Assembly (NCBI GenBank): GCA_963706575.1 | Contig: CAVPNL010000004.1 | Coordinates: forward strand, 192,001 to 256,000 | Direction of reading: 5' to 3' | DNA: 64,000 nt | Source of the DNA: an uncultured delta proteobacterium | GTDB lineage: Bacteria; Desulfobacterota; Desulfobacteria; Desulfobacterales; JAHEIW01 | Part shown: piece after piece, positions 40,741-50,347 of the stretch | Numbering within the stretch: position 1 is the first letter of the stretch | Layout of the letters: the number at the start of each line of letters is the position of its first letter | Program-made: the position numbers and the translations under genes | The notes under the pieces: generated by a model | Database searches by the model: none | What the model saw: only the letters and a program-made list of their open reading frames with translations | Told to the model about the DNA's origin: nothing

Positions 40741-43266
40741 ATGGGAAAACCAGCCCGTGATGAATTGGTCAAACGAATCAAAACACTCGAAAAACAGACC
40801 GCCGCCGGATCTGCCGGGACATCATCCATAAAACCCGAATACGGTTTTCGAACCTTTGCCGAACAATCCCCCAACATGATCTTTATTAACAAGGGGGGTC
40901 GTGTCGTTTATGTTAACAATAGATGCATCGAGGATATGGGCTACAGCCGGGAGGAATTTTACGCACCGAATTTCGATTTTATGTCCCTGATCGCGCCGGA
41001 ATCGGTTGATTTAATCCGGTCCAGTTTTAAGCGACACATGGCCGGCGAAGATATCGAGCCCTACGAATATTCCCTATTGGACAAAAAAGGGAAAAGAATT
41101 GAAGCCATTATTACAACCAAACTGATCGACTATGCGGATGGAAAAGCGATTCTGGGCATTATCACCGATATCACCGACCGCAAACGGGTAGAAGAAGAAC
41201 TGCAGTATCGGTTGAAATTCCAGCATCTCATTACCACGGTTTCCAGCCAGTTTATCAATCTGCATCCGGCTCAAATCGATGATGAAATTGATCACACCCT
41301 TGAGCAGATCGGCGAATTTGCCGATGCGGACCGCAGTTATGTTTTTCAATTTTCTGACGACCAAAAATCGGTATCCTGCACCCATGAATGGTGCGCGGAG
41401 GGAATCAAGCCGACCATTGAGCGTATTCAAAATGTTCCGGTGGAAACTTACCCATGGGCCATGAAAAAATTCCTGCGCGGAGATATGGTTTTAGTCCCCC
41501 GCCTTTCCGACCTGCCCCCTGAGGCCATCAAAGAGAAGCAGGAATTTGAACAACAGGGTATTCAATCGATATTGGCCGTGCCGATGATCATTAGCAGTAA
41601 GGTCATGGGGTTTATCGGGCTGGATTCGGTCGGCGAAGAAAAAATGTGGGCGGAGGACATCGGCTCTCTGCTGAAAATCGTGGGGCAGGTGTTCGCCAAT
41701 GCATTGGATAATAAAAAATTCCGGCAGGCCCTGCAGGAAAGCGAGGAACGCCTGCGCACGGTTTATGAAACGTTTCCGGATTCCGTCACCATTGTCCAGA
41801 CAGAAAATGGGCGCTTTGTTGATGTCAACAGTGCTTTTACACGCTTGACCGGCTGGGCAGCCGAAGATGTCATCGGTAAAAAAGAAGCCGATCTTAAAAT
41901 ATGGCACAACCGCAATGACCGTGAAAAACTGAAAGCGGGCATTGCCCAACATGGCAAGATCGAAAATTTGGAAGCTAAATTCCGACTTAAAGATGGAAGC
42001 ATAATAACTGCCCTGATGTCGGCCGTTTTGATAAGGCTCAAAGGAAAGCCACACATCCTTACCATTACCCGGGATATCAGCGATCGCAAATCCGCACAGA
42101 AAGAACGGGAACAATTAAGAACTCAGCTGATTCAGGCCCAGAAGATGGAGGCCATTGGGACATTGGCCGGCGGCATTGCCCATGATTTTAACAACATCCT
42201 CGGTGCGATTATCGGCTATGCCGAGATGGCGCTATACGATACCCAAAAAGATTCAATGGAGCATTACAACATCGACCAGGTGCTCAAGGCGGGACATCGG
42301 GCCAAAGATTTGGTAAAACAAATTCTGGCATTCAGCCGCAAAAGCGAACAGGATAAAAATATCATTTTATTAACACCCATTGTTGGAGAAGCCTTAAAAC
42401 TGCTGCGCGCTTCATTGCCGACCACCATTGAAATAAGACAAAATATCGAGCCCCACCTGGATGCTATTTTTGCCGATCCAACCCAGATGCATCAGGTAAT
42501 GATGAATCTCTGCACCAATTCGGCCCACGCCATGGGGGATACGGGCGGCATTTTGAATGTCGAATTGCACAATTTGGATCTGAACCTCAAAAAGGCCGTT
42601 CAATATTCTGAACTCAATCCCGGCCCCTATGTACAGCTCAGCATCAGCGATACGGGCGACGGTATGGATTCTGCAACCATGGACCGCATATTTGATCCTT
42701 ATTTCACCACCAAAGAACAAGACAAAGGCACCGGTATGGGCCTGGCTGTCGTCCATGGCATCATTAAGGGGCACGGCGGCGGTATCCGGGTTCAAAGTAA
42801 ACCCGGCAAAGGGACCCGCTTTGATATTCTTTTTCCGGTTATGGGAAAACACATGGAATCAGAAACCGAAGAGTTAAAAGCACTGCCAACCGGCAAGGAG
42901 CACATTCTGTTCATTGATGATGAGGACACCCTCATTGACCTGGGTGAAAGCATGCTGAAAAAGCTCGGCTATCAGGTGGAAACGCGAACCCGCCCGGATG
43001 AAGCGCTCGAGATCTTTGGGGCAGCACCGGACAAATTTGACCTGGTAATTTCCGATATGACGATGCCCGGCATGACCGGTGACATTCTGGCAGCGGAATT
43101 GATGAAAATCCGCTCTGATATCCCTGTCATTATTTGCACCGGCTACAGCGAAAGAATAGATGAACAGCGGGCCAGGAATCTGGGAATTAAAGGGTTGATA
43201 ATGAAGCCATTTACCATTCGCGGCCTTTCCAAAACCGTTAGGGCGGTTCTCGATCAAAAAAGTTGA
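40741..43266 (+). CDS. cytoplasmic hybrid histidine kinase PAS-GAF-PAS-HisKA-HATPase-REC
   Basis: GGIAHDFNNIL, MNLCTNSAHAM, GTGMGL, LFIDDE...DMTMP...KP. Confidence 0.95.
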   Translation: MGKPARDELVKRIKTLEKQTAAGSAGTSSIKPEYGFRTFAEQSPNMIFINKGGRVVYVNNRCIEDMGYSREEFYAPNFDFMSLIAPESVDLIRSSFKRHMAGEDIEPYEYSLLDKKGKRIEAIITTKLIDYADGKAILGIITDITDRKRVEEELQYRLKFQHLITTVSSQFINLHPAQIDDEIDHTLEQIGEFADADRSYVFQFSDDQKSVSCTHEWCAEGIKPTIERIQNVPVETYPWAMKKFLRGDMVLVPRLSDLPPEAIKEKQEFEQQGIQSILAVPMIISSKVMGFIGLDSVGEEKMWAEDIGSLLKIVGQVFANALDNKKFRQALQESEERLRTVYETFPDSVTIVQTENGRFVDVNSAFTRLTGWAAEDVIGKKEADLKIWHNRNDREKLKAGIAQHGKIENLEAKFRLKDGSIITALMSAVLIRLKGKPHILTITRDISDRKSAQKEREQLRTQLIQAQKMEAIGTLAGGIAHDFNNILGAIIGYAEMALYDTQKDSMEHYNIDQVLKAGHRAKDLVKQILAFSRKSEQDKNIILLTPIVGEALKLLRASLPTTIEIRQNIEPHLDAIFADPTQMHQVMMNLCTNSAHAMGDTGGILNVELHNLDLNLKKAVQYSELNPGPYVQLSISDTGDGMDSATMDRIFDPYFTTKEQDKGTGMGLAVVHGIIKGHGGGIRVQSKPGKGTRFDILFPVMGKHMESETEELKALPTGKEHILFIDDEDTLIDLGESMLKKLGYQVETRTRPDEALEIFGAAPDKFDLVISDMTMPGMTGDILAAELMKIRSDIPVIICTGYSERIDEQRARNLGIKGLIMKPFTIRGLSKTVRAVLDQKS

Positions 43267-43286
43267 ATTCCAATCAACTTTTTTCC

Positions 43287-45236
43287 TTACCCCGAAGCGG
43301 GTAAGGAAATCGTTATAGTGCAGCCGCCTCCCGGATTATTCTCGGCCGTGACATCTCCTCCGATTAACTTGATAAATTTTTTGACCAGGGCCAGACCGAT
43401 TCCGGTACCCCGGGTTTTTCGGGCCAGGGCGTTGTCGACCCGGTAAAAATCATCAAAAATTTTGTTAAGCGCATGACGCGGAATCCCGGGCCCGTGATCG
43501 GAAACTGCAATTTTTATGCGGTTTGGTTCCTGATAGATTCGAATCGTGATCTCTTTTTCAAGCGCCGAGCGGCAAAATTTGATGCTGTTTTCAATCAGAT
43601 TGATCAACACCTGAATCATGGCTTCACGGTCATATTTAAACGGGCGGATATCCTCCTGAACAATTTTCAAGGTGAACCCTTCCTGCCGCAGTTTGGCCTG
43701 CATGACAGTTTGAACTTCTGCGGCCACCTCTTCAAATGTTCCCCGGGTCAGATTAAGAGATCGCTGTTTTTTCTCCAGTTTGGCCAGATCGAGAACATTG
43801 TTAATCAGACGGGACAGTCGGGAACCCTCGGAATTGATAATCTGAAAATACTCCTGTTCCCGTTCGCTATCTTTTGCAATTCCCTGCTCGAGCATTTCAA
43901 TGTACATCCGTATATTGGTTAGCGGCGTCTTTAATTCATGCGTAACCGATGAGACAAATTGCGAACGGCGCTCGGAAAGATCCACGATGGCCCGGGCGCT
44001 TTTATAGATCGCAAACAATCCGATTAAAAAAATGGCCGCCAGCACGACCATCATGATCATCAGCGTGTTGCGACCGGTGGAACGCGGAATCTCATCAAAG
44101 CTCAATGAGGCATTTAAAAATGCAAACGGCGACGGAAATGACCGCTTCAGGACAAATTTAGGGTTATGCGTTGCTATACCGCCTTGCACCAGCACAATTC
44201 CCCGGCCCTGATCCATAACCTGCAGGCGCAGGCTGGCATAGTCGGCCATGGGCTGGGCAATGAAGTAATTCTGCGTCAGATGCTTTAAAAACGCGCCTAT
44301 CCTTAATATGAAGCCCTGCCGGTATATTTTCTGGTTGATCATGATGCGGCGAAAGATAAACATTTGATCGGCGCCGATAAGGACCGATTGCAAGGGGGCG
44401 ACCTCCACTTGAAAATTTTCTTCATCCCGGGTTTCAGGTGCAGCTTCTCCTGGCGCATCTGCTTCGGGCTCCGACGGGTAGATCTCGCGGCGCCTGTATT
44501 TTTTGGCAGCCCGGTCCTTTTCATTATCCATCAGTGAATCTTCTGCAGCCGGACTGCGAGCGGGGCCACTTTTGGATAATGCCGCGGCCAGCGGGGCGGG
44601 GCTCTTGCCGGCTTCGCCAACTTCCTGGCGGGCCACATTTTTAGCCTGGGCCACGGTGACTTTTTCAAAGCGCTTTTCTTTTTGCCCGAGGCGGGCTTTA
44701 GGTTTCTGGGAGCGGGTTAAATCCAGATACTTTTCAGCAAATCCGCTTTGCTGCTTCTGTTCGGCTTCAGCCACCTCCCGGGCCGGCGGGACGGTTATTT
44801 TATCTGTAACGGCCGTGCGTTTACGGTTAAAGATGCGATTGGCGCTCTCCAGCCGGGCCACGGCATCTTTGCGATCCACGGCAACGGATTCCCCGGCCTG
44901 GGCCAGAGGCGTTTGAAATGATCCGTCGGGGTTATTCTGAAAATAGCCGAGGATATAACTCTGCGCCGGCAGGTGTGAAAGGGGTGAACGATTTTCTTCG
45001 AGACGCCCCCCGGGGGGGCTCATATAGAAATTGTATTCATCAATGGCGCGAGCCTCCTCCATCTGAACGAGTGCCTCAAGGGCCTGTTCCATTTCGTCAA
45101 ACAGGGTGTTGGCAAAAAAACTCAGGGTGGCGGTTTCTTCCTGCTCCAGGCCGCGATAGGTTCGCATTATAAAATATCCGAGCGGAATCGACAGGGTCAC
45201 ACAAAATATGAGAATTAAAATTTGTAAGCGTTTCAT
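43287..45236 (-). CDS. membrane sensor histidine kinase
   Basis: two TM segments around a large extracytoplasmic domain; THELKTPL, NLIENSIKF, DHGPGI, GTGIGL. Confidence 0.93.
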   Translation of the reverse strand: MKRLQILILIFCVTLSIPLGYFIMRTYRGLEQEETATLSFFANTLFDEMEQALEALVQMEEARAIDEYNFYMSPPGGRLEENRSPLSHLPAQSYILGYFQNNPDGSFQTPLAQAGESVAVDRKDAVARLESANRIFNRKRTAVTDKITVPPAREVAEAEQKQQSGFAEKYLDLTRSQKPKARLGQKEKRFEKVTVAQAKNVARQEVGEAGKSPAPLAAALSKSGPARSPAAEDSLMDNEKDRAAKKYRRREIYPSEPEADAPGEAAPETRDEENFQVEVAPLQSVLIGADQMFIFRRIMINQKIYRQGFILRIGAFLKHLTQNYFIAQPMADYASLRLQVMDQGRGIVLVQGGIATHNPKFVLKRSFPSPFAFLNASLSFDEIPRSTGRNTLMIMMVVLAAIFLIGLFAIYKSARAIVDLSERRSQFVSSVTHELKTPLTNIRMYIEMLEQGIAKDSEREQEYFQIINSEGSRLSRLINNVLDLAKLEKKQRSLNLTRGTFEEVAAEVQTVMQAKLRQEGFTLKIVQEDIRPFKYDREAMIQVLINLIENSIKFCRSALEKEITIRIYQEPNRIKIAVSDHGPGIPRHALNKIFDDFYRVDNALARKTRGTGIGLALVKKFIKLIGGDVTAENNPGGGCTITISLPASG

Positions 45237-45931
45237 TTTTCAGGTTCCAGCCGGTAGCCTTCCCCCCTGATGGTGGTTATAAGCGGCGTATCGCCGATTA
45301 AAAGGGCAATTTTTTTGCGCAGTTTTAACATATGAATGTCGACGGTACGGGTTTCGATATCGGCGTCGGCATATTGCCAAACCTCGGTGAGCAGTTCTTT
45401 TTTAGAGACGATCCGGTCGCGGTAGCGATGTAAATATGCGATGATATCCATTTCCTTGCGAGTCAGCTCAACGGTTTGACTTTGATATTCAGCGATCAGG
45501 TTTTTCCCGTCAAAAAAAATGTCATGAAAACGAATTTCCATGTCACCGGGATTTTTCCCGGTACGCCGCAAAACCGCCTCTACCCGCACCATAACTTCCC
45601 TGAGTGAAAATGGTTTGCTGATATAGTCATCGGCACCGGCATTAAAACCGGTAACGATATCATCCTCAGAGCCTTTGGCGGTAATGATGATAATGCCCTG
45701 GTCCGGCTTTTTCCGGCGAATTTCTTTGCAGATAGAAAACCCGTCGAGTGTCGGCAGCATGACGTCCAGCAGGATCAAATCGAACGGTTCGTTCAGACCC
45801 ACATTAAGCCCCTGCCCGCCGTCATCGGCGTCCCTAACTGCATAGCCATTGTAAACCAGCACATCAACAAGGCCGCGCAACAGGGCCGGGTCATCTTCAA
45901 CAACAAGAATACGTGCTTTCGGTCTTTTCAT
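45233..45931 (-). CDS. OmpR/PhoB-family response regulator
   Basis: LVVEDD, LDVMLP, GADDYISKPF, TRTVDIH, TIRGEGY. Confidence 0.95.
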   Translation of the reverse strand: MKRPKARILVVEDDPALLRGLVDVLVYNGYAVRDADDGGQGLNVGLNEPFDLILLDVMLPTLDGFSICKEIRRKKPDQGIIIITAKGSEDDIVTGFNAGADDYISKPFSLREVMVRVEAVLRRTGKNPGDMEIRFHDIFFDGKNLIAEYQSQTVELTRKEMDIIAYLHRYRDRIVSKKELLTEVWQYADADIETRTVDIHMLKLRKKIALLIGDTPLITTIRGEGYRLEPEK

Positions 45932-45951
45932 TTAACTCTGTCCACCCTTTT

Positions 45952-46074
45952 ATTGATCGCGGCAAGATGCCGCTCCCACAATCTCCTTAAAGGCATAATA
46001 CAGCACATTGTGATGATAAACAAAATAGTGGGAGTGGCTTCCAGCCACGATTTTGCTTCTCCGTTTTTCGCCGA
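45952..46074. repeat. REP doublet (GTGGGAG-type), inverted copy of 60483-60604
   Basis: attgatcgcggcaagatgccgctcccaca ... gtgggagtggcttccagccacgat with similar spacer. Confidence 0.85.
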
Positions 46075-46087
46075 ACCGATATCAAAC

Positions 46088-46190
46088 ATTATATCACATC
46101 GGCCCGATTTCAAAGTAAAAGTTATGTAAAATCCTGCCCCGTTTTTTTTACATTTCTTTGAATTGAGTTTTGAAGGCTTTCGACTAAAAT
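46088..46190. promoter_or_regulatory. divergent promoters with tandem direct-repeat boxes
   Basis: GTAAAA-N5-GTAAAA (46115-46131) and TTTTAC-N5-TTTGAA (46146-46162); -10 boxes TATAAT (minus, 46088-46093) and TAAAAT (plus, 46185-46190). Confidence 0.55.
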
Positions 46191-46256
46191 TAGAATTATA
46201 CGGCAGGGCCTAAAACCCTGCTCAAAAACCGATTAGATACACGAAAGGAGCAACCC

Positions 46257-47690
46257 ATGAAACCCACTCGTCTAAAATCATTTGTTTTGATTATCGTCTT
46301 GATTGCCGCCACCGGGGCGGCGATGGCCTATTCGGCCGGCGCGGGAAAATCCTGGCTTTCAGGCCTGATTGCCCGCCCCAGGGTAGACACTCCCCCCATT
46401 GGATCCGGCCCGGTAACCCTTAGCGGTCGTCTGGTCCAGGATAAAGTTTTGCAGGGATCGGATGGCAGAGTTCATCTGGCCTTAACCCTGCAGGCCGCTG
46501 AGGGTTTCGATCCGCAATCCTCAGAAGCCCGCAATGTCGATATGGTCATTGTACTGGATCGCAGCGGTTCAATGAAAGGCCGTAAAATTAATGACGCCCG
46601 GCAGGCGGTTTTACACCTTTTATCCGGCCTGACCGCCAAAGACCGCTTTGCGCTGGTCACGTATTCGGACAGGGTTCAGCAGGTTTCGGGTTTAAAGTAT
46701 GTCACCGCTGATCATGGCAAACAGCTGAAAGCGCTGGTTAGTGCCATTCGCGCCGGCGGTGGAACCAATCTGGGTGACGGACTCCAAACAGGCATCAACC
46801 TTATGCTGGCGGCAGATGAAAACGGAAATGCCAGAAAGCTAATTCTTATCTCCGACGGTCTTGCCAATAAAGGCATAACCGATGCCACCCGGCTTGGTCA
46901 GATGGCCGGTGTCGCCGTGGAAAAAGAATTTGCCGTTAGCACCGTCGGGGTGGGAAACGACTTCAACGAGCAGCTGATGACAACCATTGCCGACCGCGGC
47001 GCCGGAAATTACTATTATTTGGAAAACCCGTTGGCATTTGCTGAAGTGTTTCAAAAGGAATTTTTCTACACCCGCACAACGGTTGCAACCAATGTTTCGA
47101 TATCTTTTCCCCTGGGCAGCGGCATATCCGTCGTAGATGCCGCCGGGTACCCCATCACCGTTCAAAAAGACCAGGCCGTTTTCTACCCGGGCGATTTGCG
47201 CGCCGGACAAACCCGCAAATTGTTTCTGACGTTGCAGGTGCCCACCGGCGAACCGGGAAGTTTTGAACTGGGTCGGATCAAGGCCCGCTGTCGTTTCAAC
47301 GGCCAGACAATGGAAACCGATCTGGGGGGTTCTTACAAAATTGCCTGTGTCAAAGACCAAAGAGAGGTGCAGGCCTCGATCGACAAAACCTCCTGGACTG
47401 AAAAAGTCATTCGAGAAGATTATAACCGGCTCAAACAGGAAGTCGCCGCTGATATCAAGTCCGGCAAAAAGCAAAAAGCCCTGGGACGAATCCACAGCTA
47501 TTACCGTGAGCAAGAATCGATCAATGCAGCCGTCGGGTCGGCCGAGGTCACCCAAAATCTGGATCGGGATCTCAAAGACCTGCAGCAAAGAGTCGAAGAT
47601 ACGTTTGAAGGCTCTCCGGCTGCAGTTTCCCGGAAACAAAAATCCAATTCAAAAACCCTGCAGTATGAGGGTTATAAAGGGCGACGATAA
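46257..47690 (+). CDS. exported vWA-domain protein (YfbK-like)
   Basis: signal/anchor peptide; VLDRSGSM MIDAS, GGTN, LISDGLAN, GAGNYYY. Confidence 0.9.
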   Translation: MKPTRLKSFVLIIVLIAATGAAMAYSAGAGKSWLSGLIARPRVDTPPIGSGPVTLSGRLVQDKVLQGSDGRVHLALTLQAAEGFDPQSSEARNVDMVIVLDRSGSMKGRKINDARQAVLHLLSGLTAKDRFALVTYSDRVQQVSGLKYVTADHGKQLKALVSAIRAGGGTNLGDGLQTGINLMLAADENGNARKLILISDGLANKGITDATRLGQMAGVAVEKEFAVSTVGVGNDFNEQLMTTIADRGAGNYYYLENPLAFAEVFQKEFFYTRTTVATNVSISFPLGSGISVVDAAGYPITVQKDQAVFYPGDLRAGQTRKLFLTLQVPTGEPGSFELGRIKARCRFNGQTMETDLGGSYKIACVKDQREVQASIDKTSWTEKVIREDYNRLKQEVAADIKSGKKQKALGRIHSYYREQESINAAVGSAEVTQNLDRDLKDLQQRVEDTFEGSPAAVSRKQKSNSKTLQYEGYKGRR

Positions 47691-47702
47691 AAGGAGATAA
47701 TC

Positions 47703-48263
47703 ATGGCCATTTTAACCCGTATTTTCCGGCTTTTTAAAGCAGACATCCATGGTGTCATGGATCAAATTGAAGACCAGGGTCTGTTATTAAAACAGCATCT
47801 CAGGGATATGGAAGAATCCCTGGTTCAGAAAGAGACCAAACTTAAGCAAATGTGTTTTGCAAGGGATCAGGCCCGGCAGGACTATGAGAAGGGAATAAAA
47901 GAGAGCAACAACCTGGAGCAAAATCTGGAAGTCGCCATCCGAAAAGACAGAGACGATATTGCCCGCATGCTGATAAAAAAGCTAAAACCCCTGGCCCACA
48001 TCCAGTCGGAGCGCTGCAGTCATATCGACCGACTGAATCATGAAACCAAACAGTTCAAAGAAGATATTGAACTGCAGCGGCTGAAATATGAACAGCTCCG
48101 GCAACAAGCTGCCAATTTTTTCCATCGTACCGAAAAACAGAATGAGGATCCTATCTGGCCGGCGATGCAAGCCGACTTTGGCGTCAATGATCTCAGCGAT
48201 GAAGAGATTGAACTCGAACTTCTCCAAAGAAAGGAAGCCTTAAAAGGAGGTGCAATATCATGA
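47703..48263 (+). CDS. PspA/IM30 family protein
   Basis: MAILTRIFRLFKADIHGVMDQIEDQ..LLKQHLRDME N-terminus, coiled coil, DDIAR. Confidence 0.85.
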   Translation: MAILTRIFRLFKADIHGVMDQIEDQGLLLKQHLRDMEESLVQKETKLKQMCFARDQARQDYEKGIKESNNLEQNLEVAIRKDRDDIARMLIKKLKPLAHIQSERCSHIDRLNHETKQFKEDIELQRLKYEQLRQQAANFFHRTEKQNEDPIWPAMQADFGVNDLSDEEIELELLQRKEALKGGAIS

Positions 48264-48829
48264 GCATCATGAAATCCAAGACAACGCCCATACGCTCGAC
48301 CATCGTCTGGGGATTGATTGGCGGGCTGGTTTACATTCCGCTATCCTCGGCCTTAAGCCTTATGATGTTCTGGCCGCTGGGCATTCAACTATCACTCTGG
48401 ATATTGTTGGCCGGATACGCAGTCCTGCTGTCCCGCTGGGCGTCCCGACCGCTCAGATCTATCGGTTTACCTCTGTTGCTGTTGCTCCTGTCTGCGTTTT
48501 TGATTGAGTCAGCGACGGCATTTTTATTTACAGCTTTCGTGACGTTGAGCTGGATTCGCAGTGGTATCTGTTTCAAAAGAAAACCCCTGGCAAAACGACT
48601 GGCTGCGGAAATGGGCCTGGGCCTGGGAAGCGGCCTGCTGGTGTCGGGTGCGGTGCCCGGCGTGACCCTGGTCTGGGCGCTCGGGGTGTGGCTGTTTTTT
48701 CTCATCCAGGCGCTGTACTTTGTTCTATTTGAATATCAAAGTGACCCCCAAACCAAAATTGAAGTGGATCCCTTTGAAAAGGCGAAGATGGCAGCTGAGA
48801 AAATCCTGTCCGGCGGGGCTTTTTATTGA
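48260..48829 (+). CDS. multi-pass membrane protein
   Basis: about 6 hydrophobic segments; ATGA overlap with the pspA-like gene; C-terminal DPFEKAKMAAEKIL. Confidence 0.8.
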   Translation: MSIMKSKTTPIRSTIVWGLIGGLVYIPLSSALSLMMFWPLGIQLSLWILLAGYAVLLSRWASRPLRSIGLPLLLLLLSAFLIESATAFLFTAFVTLSWIRSGICFKRKPLAKRLAAEMGLGLGSGLLVSGAVPGVTLVWALGVWLFFLIQALYFVLFEYQSDPQTKIEVDPFEKAKMAAEKILSGGAFY

Positions 48830-48907
48830 CATTGACGCTGGACTCTGATGAAAAAGAAATTATAATAGTCTATCTGATAGAAGTCGGAGGTAGAAAAAAT
48901 CAAAAAA

Positions 48908-49612
48908 ATGGCGCAAAAGAAAATCAGACATAAACTGCCGCCCGATCTTGCCGGCCAAAATAAGCTGGAAATCGTTTTGAAATCTGATGTGGCCGGCACG
49001 GCAGAGGCCATTGGTGCCAGCCTGTCTGAAATTGAGGTCCCCGGTGTTCAAATCGACCTTATCCAGATCGGGATCGGCAAAGTATCCAGGTCTGATGTGC
49101 TCATGGCACGCACCGGCAGCAGATTGGTGATCGGATTCAACGTCGATCTTATGCCAAAGCTGAATCAGGAAATCAAAGAATTCGGTGTTGAGGTAAGGCT
49201 TTATGATACGATCTATAAATTGACCGAAGACATTCGAAAAATTGCTCAAAGCTTTAACATCACGTCCCCCGAAGAAAAAATCACCGGCAAAGCCACGATC
49301 ATTGCTACTTTTAAGCCCGGCCCGAAAGGAATGGTTATCGGGTGCGAGGTGCTTGAAGGCGCCATTGAGCTGGGCAATGAATTTCGGGTCATCACCGCCA
49401 TGGGACCGGCTTATTTCGGAAAAATCACATCCCTGCAAATTGAAAAGCAAAATGTCAAATCGGGCAAACCCGGACAGCAGGTCGGAATCAAACTGGTGGG
49501 ATGGAACAAGGCCAGAGTCGATGACCTGGTGGAATGTTTTGAAAGCCTGAAACCGAAAGGGGGCGGCCGCTGGAAGCCCGGCAGCGGCGTTGTTCGTTCC
49601 ATCTCTTCGTAG
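48908..49612 (+). CDS. stand-alone translation initiation factor IF2 C-terminal (domains III-IV) paralogue
   Basis: IVLKSDVAGTAEAI, GIGKVSRSDV, IGFNV, VEVRLYDTIYKLTEDI, GCEVLEG, ITSLQIEKQNVKSGKPGQQVGI, DLVECFE follow the IF2 C-terminal motifs in order; no G domain. Confidence 0.85.
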   Translation: MAQKKIRHKLPPDLAGQNKLEIVLKSDVAGTAEAIGASLSEIEVPGVQIDLIQIGIGKVSRSDVLMARTGSRLVIGFNVDLMPKLNQEIKEFGVEVRLYDTIYKLTEDIRKIAQSFNITSPEEKITGKATIIATFKPGPKGMVIGCEVLEGAIELGNEFRVITAMGPAYFGKITSLQIEKQNVKSGKPGQQVGIKLVGWNKARVDDLVECFESLKPKGGGRWKPGSGVVRSISS

Positions 49613-49683
49613 AATCATGGTTTCCCTCCTTCGTCTTAAAGGCTACGGAGGACAAACAGGTGTCAGGCGTCGGGGTCAAAAGA

Positions 49684-49870
49684 TAAGTGCTGAGGACTGA
49701 GCAAAAAAAATTGCCTGGCGCCCGACCAGTTCAACATGACTTGTCGGTTTCCGCCATGAATCGTCCTTCTGGGACCATGAGTTGTCGTTTTCCGCCTTGA
49801 ACTGGCAAGACCTTTTTCGCCCTTTTAGATTTAGATCTACCTCAGACCTCGGCACTCAGTCCTCAGTCCT
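49684..49870. repeat. 7-nt-unit inverted repeat (GTGCTGA/GGACTGA vs CTCAGTC) enclosing an 80-bp element
   Basis: gtgctgaggactgag ... ctcagacctcggcactcagtcctcagtcct; inner CCAGTTCAA / TTGAACTGG. Confidence 0.65.
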
Positions 49871-49935
49871 ATCTTTATTTTGTGCTTCTAATTTGAAATT
49901 AATCAACTTTACTTTTGATAACGAGAGGGGACCCG

Positions 49936-50256
49936 ATGGCAGTTAACTTTATTTATATGACCGCCGGCAGTAAAAGCGAAGCCCAAAAAATCGGGAAAGC
50001 ACTGGTTGAATCCCGCCTGGCTGCATGTGTGAACATTTTAGATAACATGCAGTCCATTTATCGATGGGATGAAAAAATCCAGGAAGATACAGAGGTGGTT
50101 TTAATTGCCAAAACCACTGACACGCTGGTTCCCCAGCTGATCGACAAAGTCAAATCGCTGCATAGTTACGACTGCCCCTGCATTGTCAGTTTGCCGGTAT
50201 TAGACGGCTACCCGCCGTTTTTGGACTGGATCCAAACGGAAGTCAAAAGGCAGTAG
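49936..50256 (+). CDS. cutA: divalent-cation tolerance protein CutA
   Basis: LVESRLAACVNI, SIYRW, HSYDCPCIV. Confidence 0.95.
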   Translation: MAVNFIYMTAGSKSEAQKIGKALVESRLAACVNILDNMQSIYRWDEKIQEDTEVVLIAKTTDTLVPQLIDKVKSLHSYDCPCIVSLPVLDGYPPFLDWIQTEVKRQ

Positions 50257-50347
50257 GGCAGCCCTCCGTGGCTGCCATTGAAGTCGGCACCCGTCTTCGT
50301 CACGCTAAAAGCGTGACTTCGCCGCGCCAGGCAGAGGCCGACCCTAC
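50253..50347. repeat. GTAG-type REP doublet interrupted by a 42-nt hairpin insert
   Basis: GTAGGGCAGCCCTCCGTGGCTGCC ... GTCGGCA[50290-50331]CAGAGGCCGACCCTAC. Confidence 0.75.

Noticed and set aside
43282..43308. 12-bp hairpin between the convergent kinase genes as an intrinsic terminator
   Set aside because: No U tract follows it on either strand
49735..49801. 26-bp direct repeats as a CRISPR array
   Set aside because: Only two units, a 15-nt spacer and no cas genes
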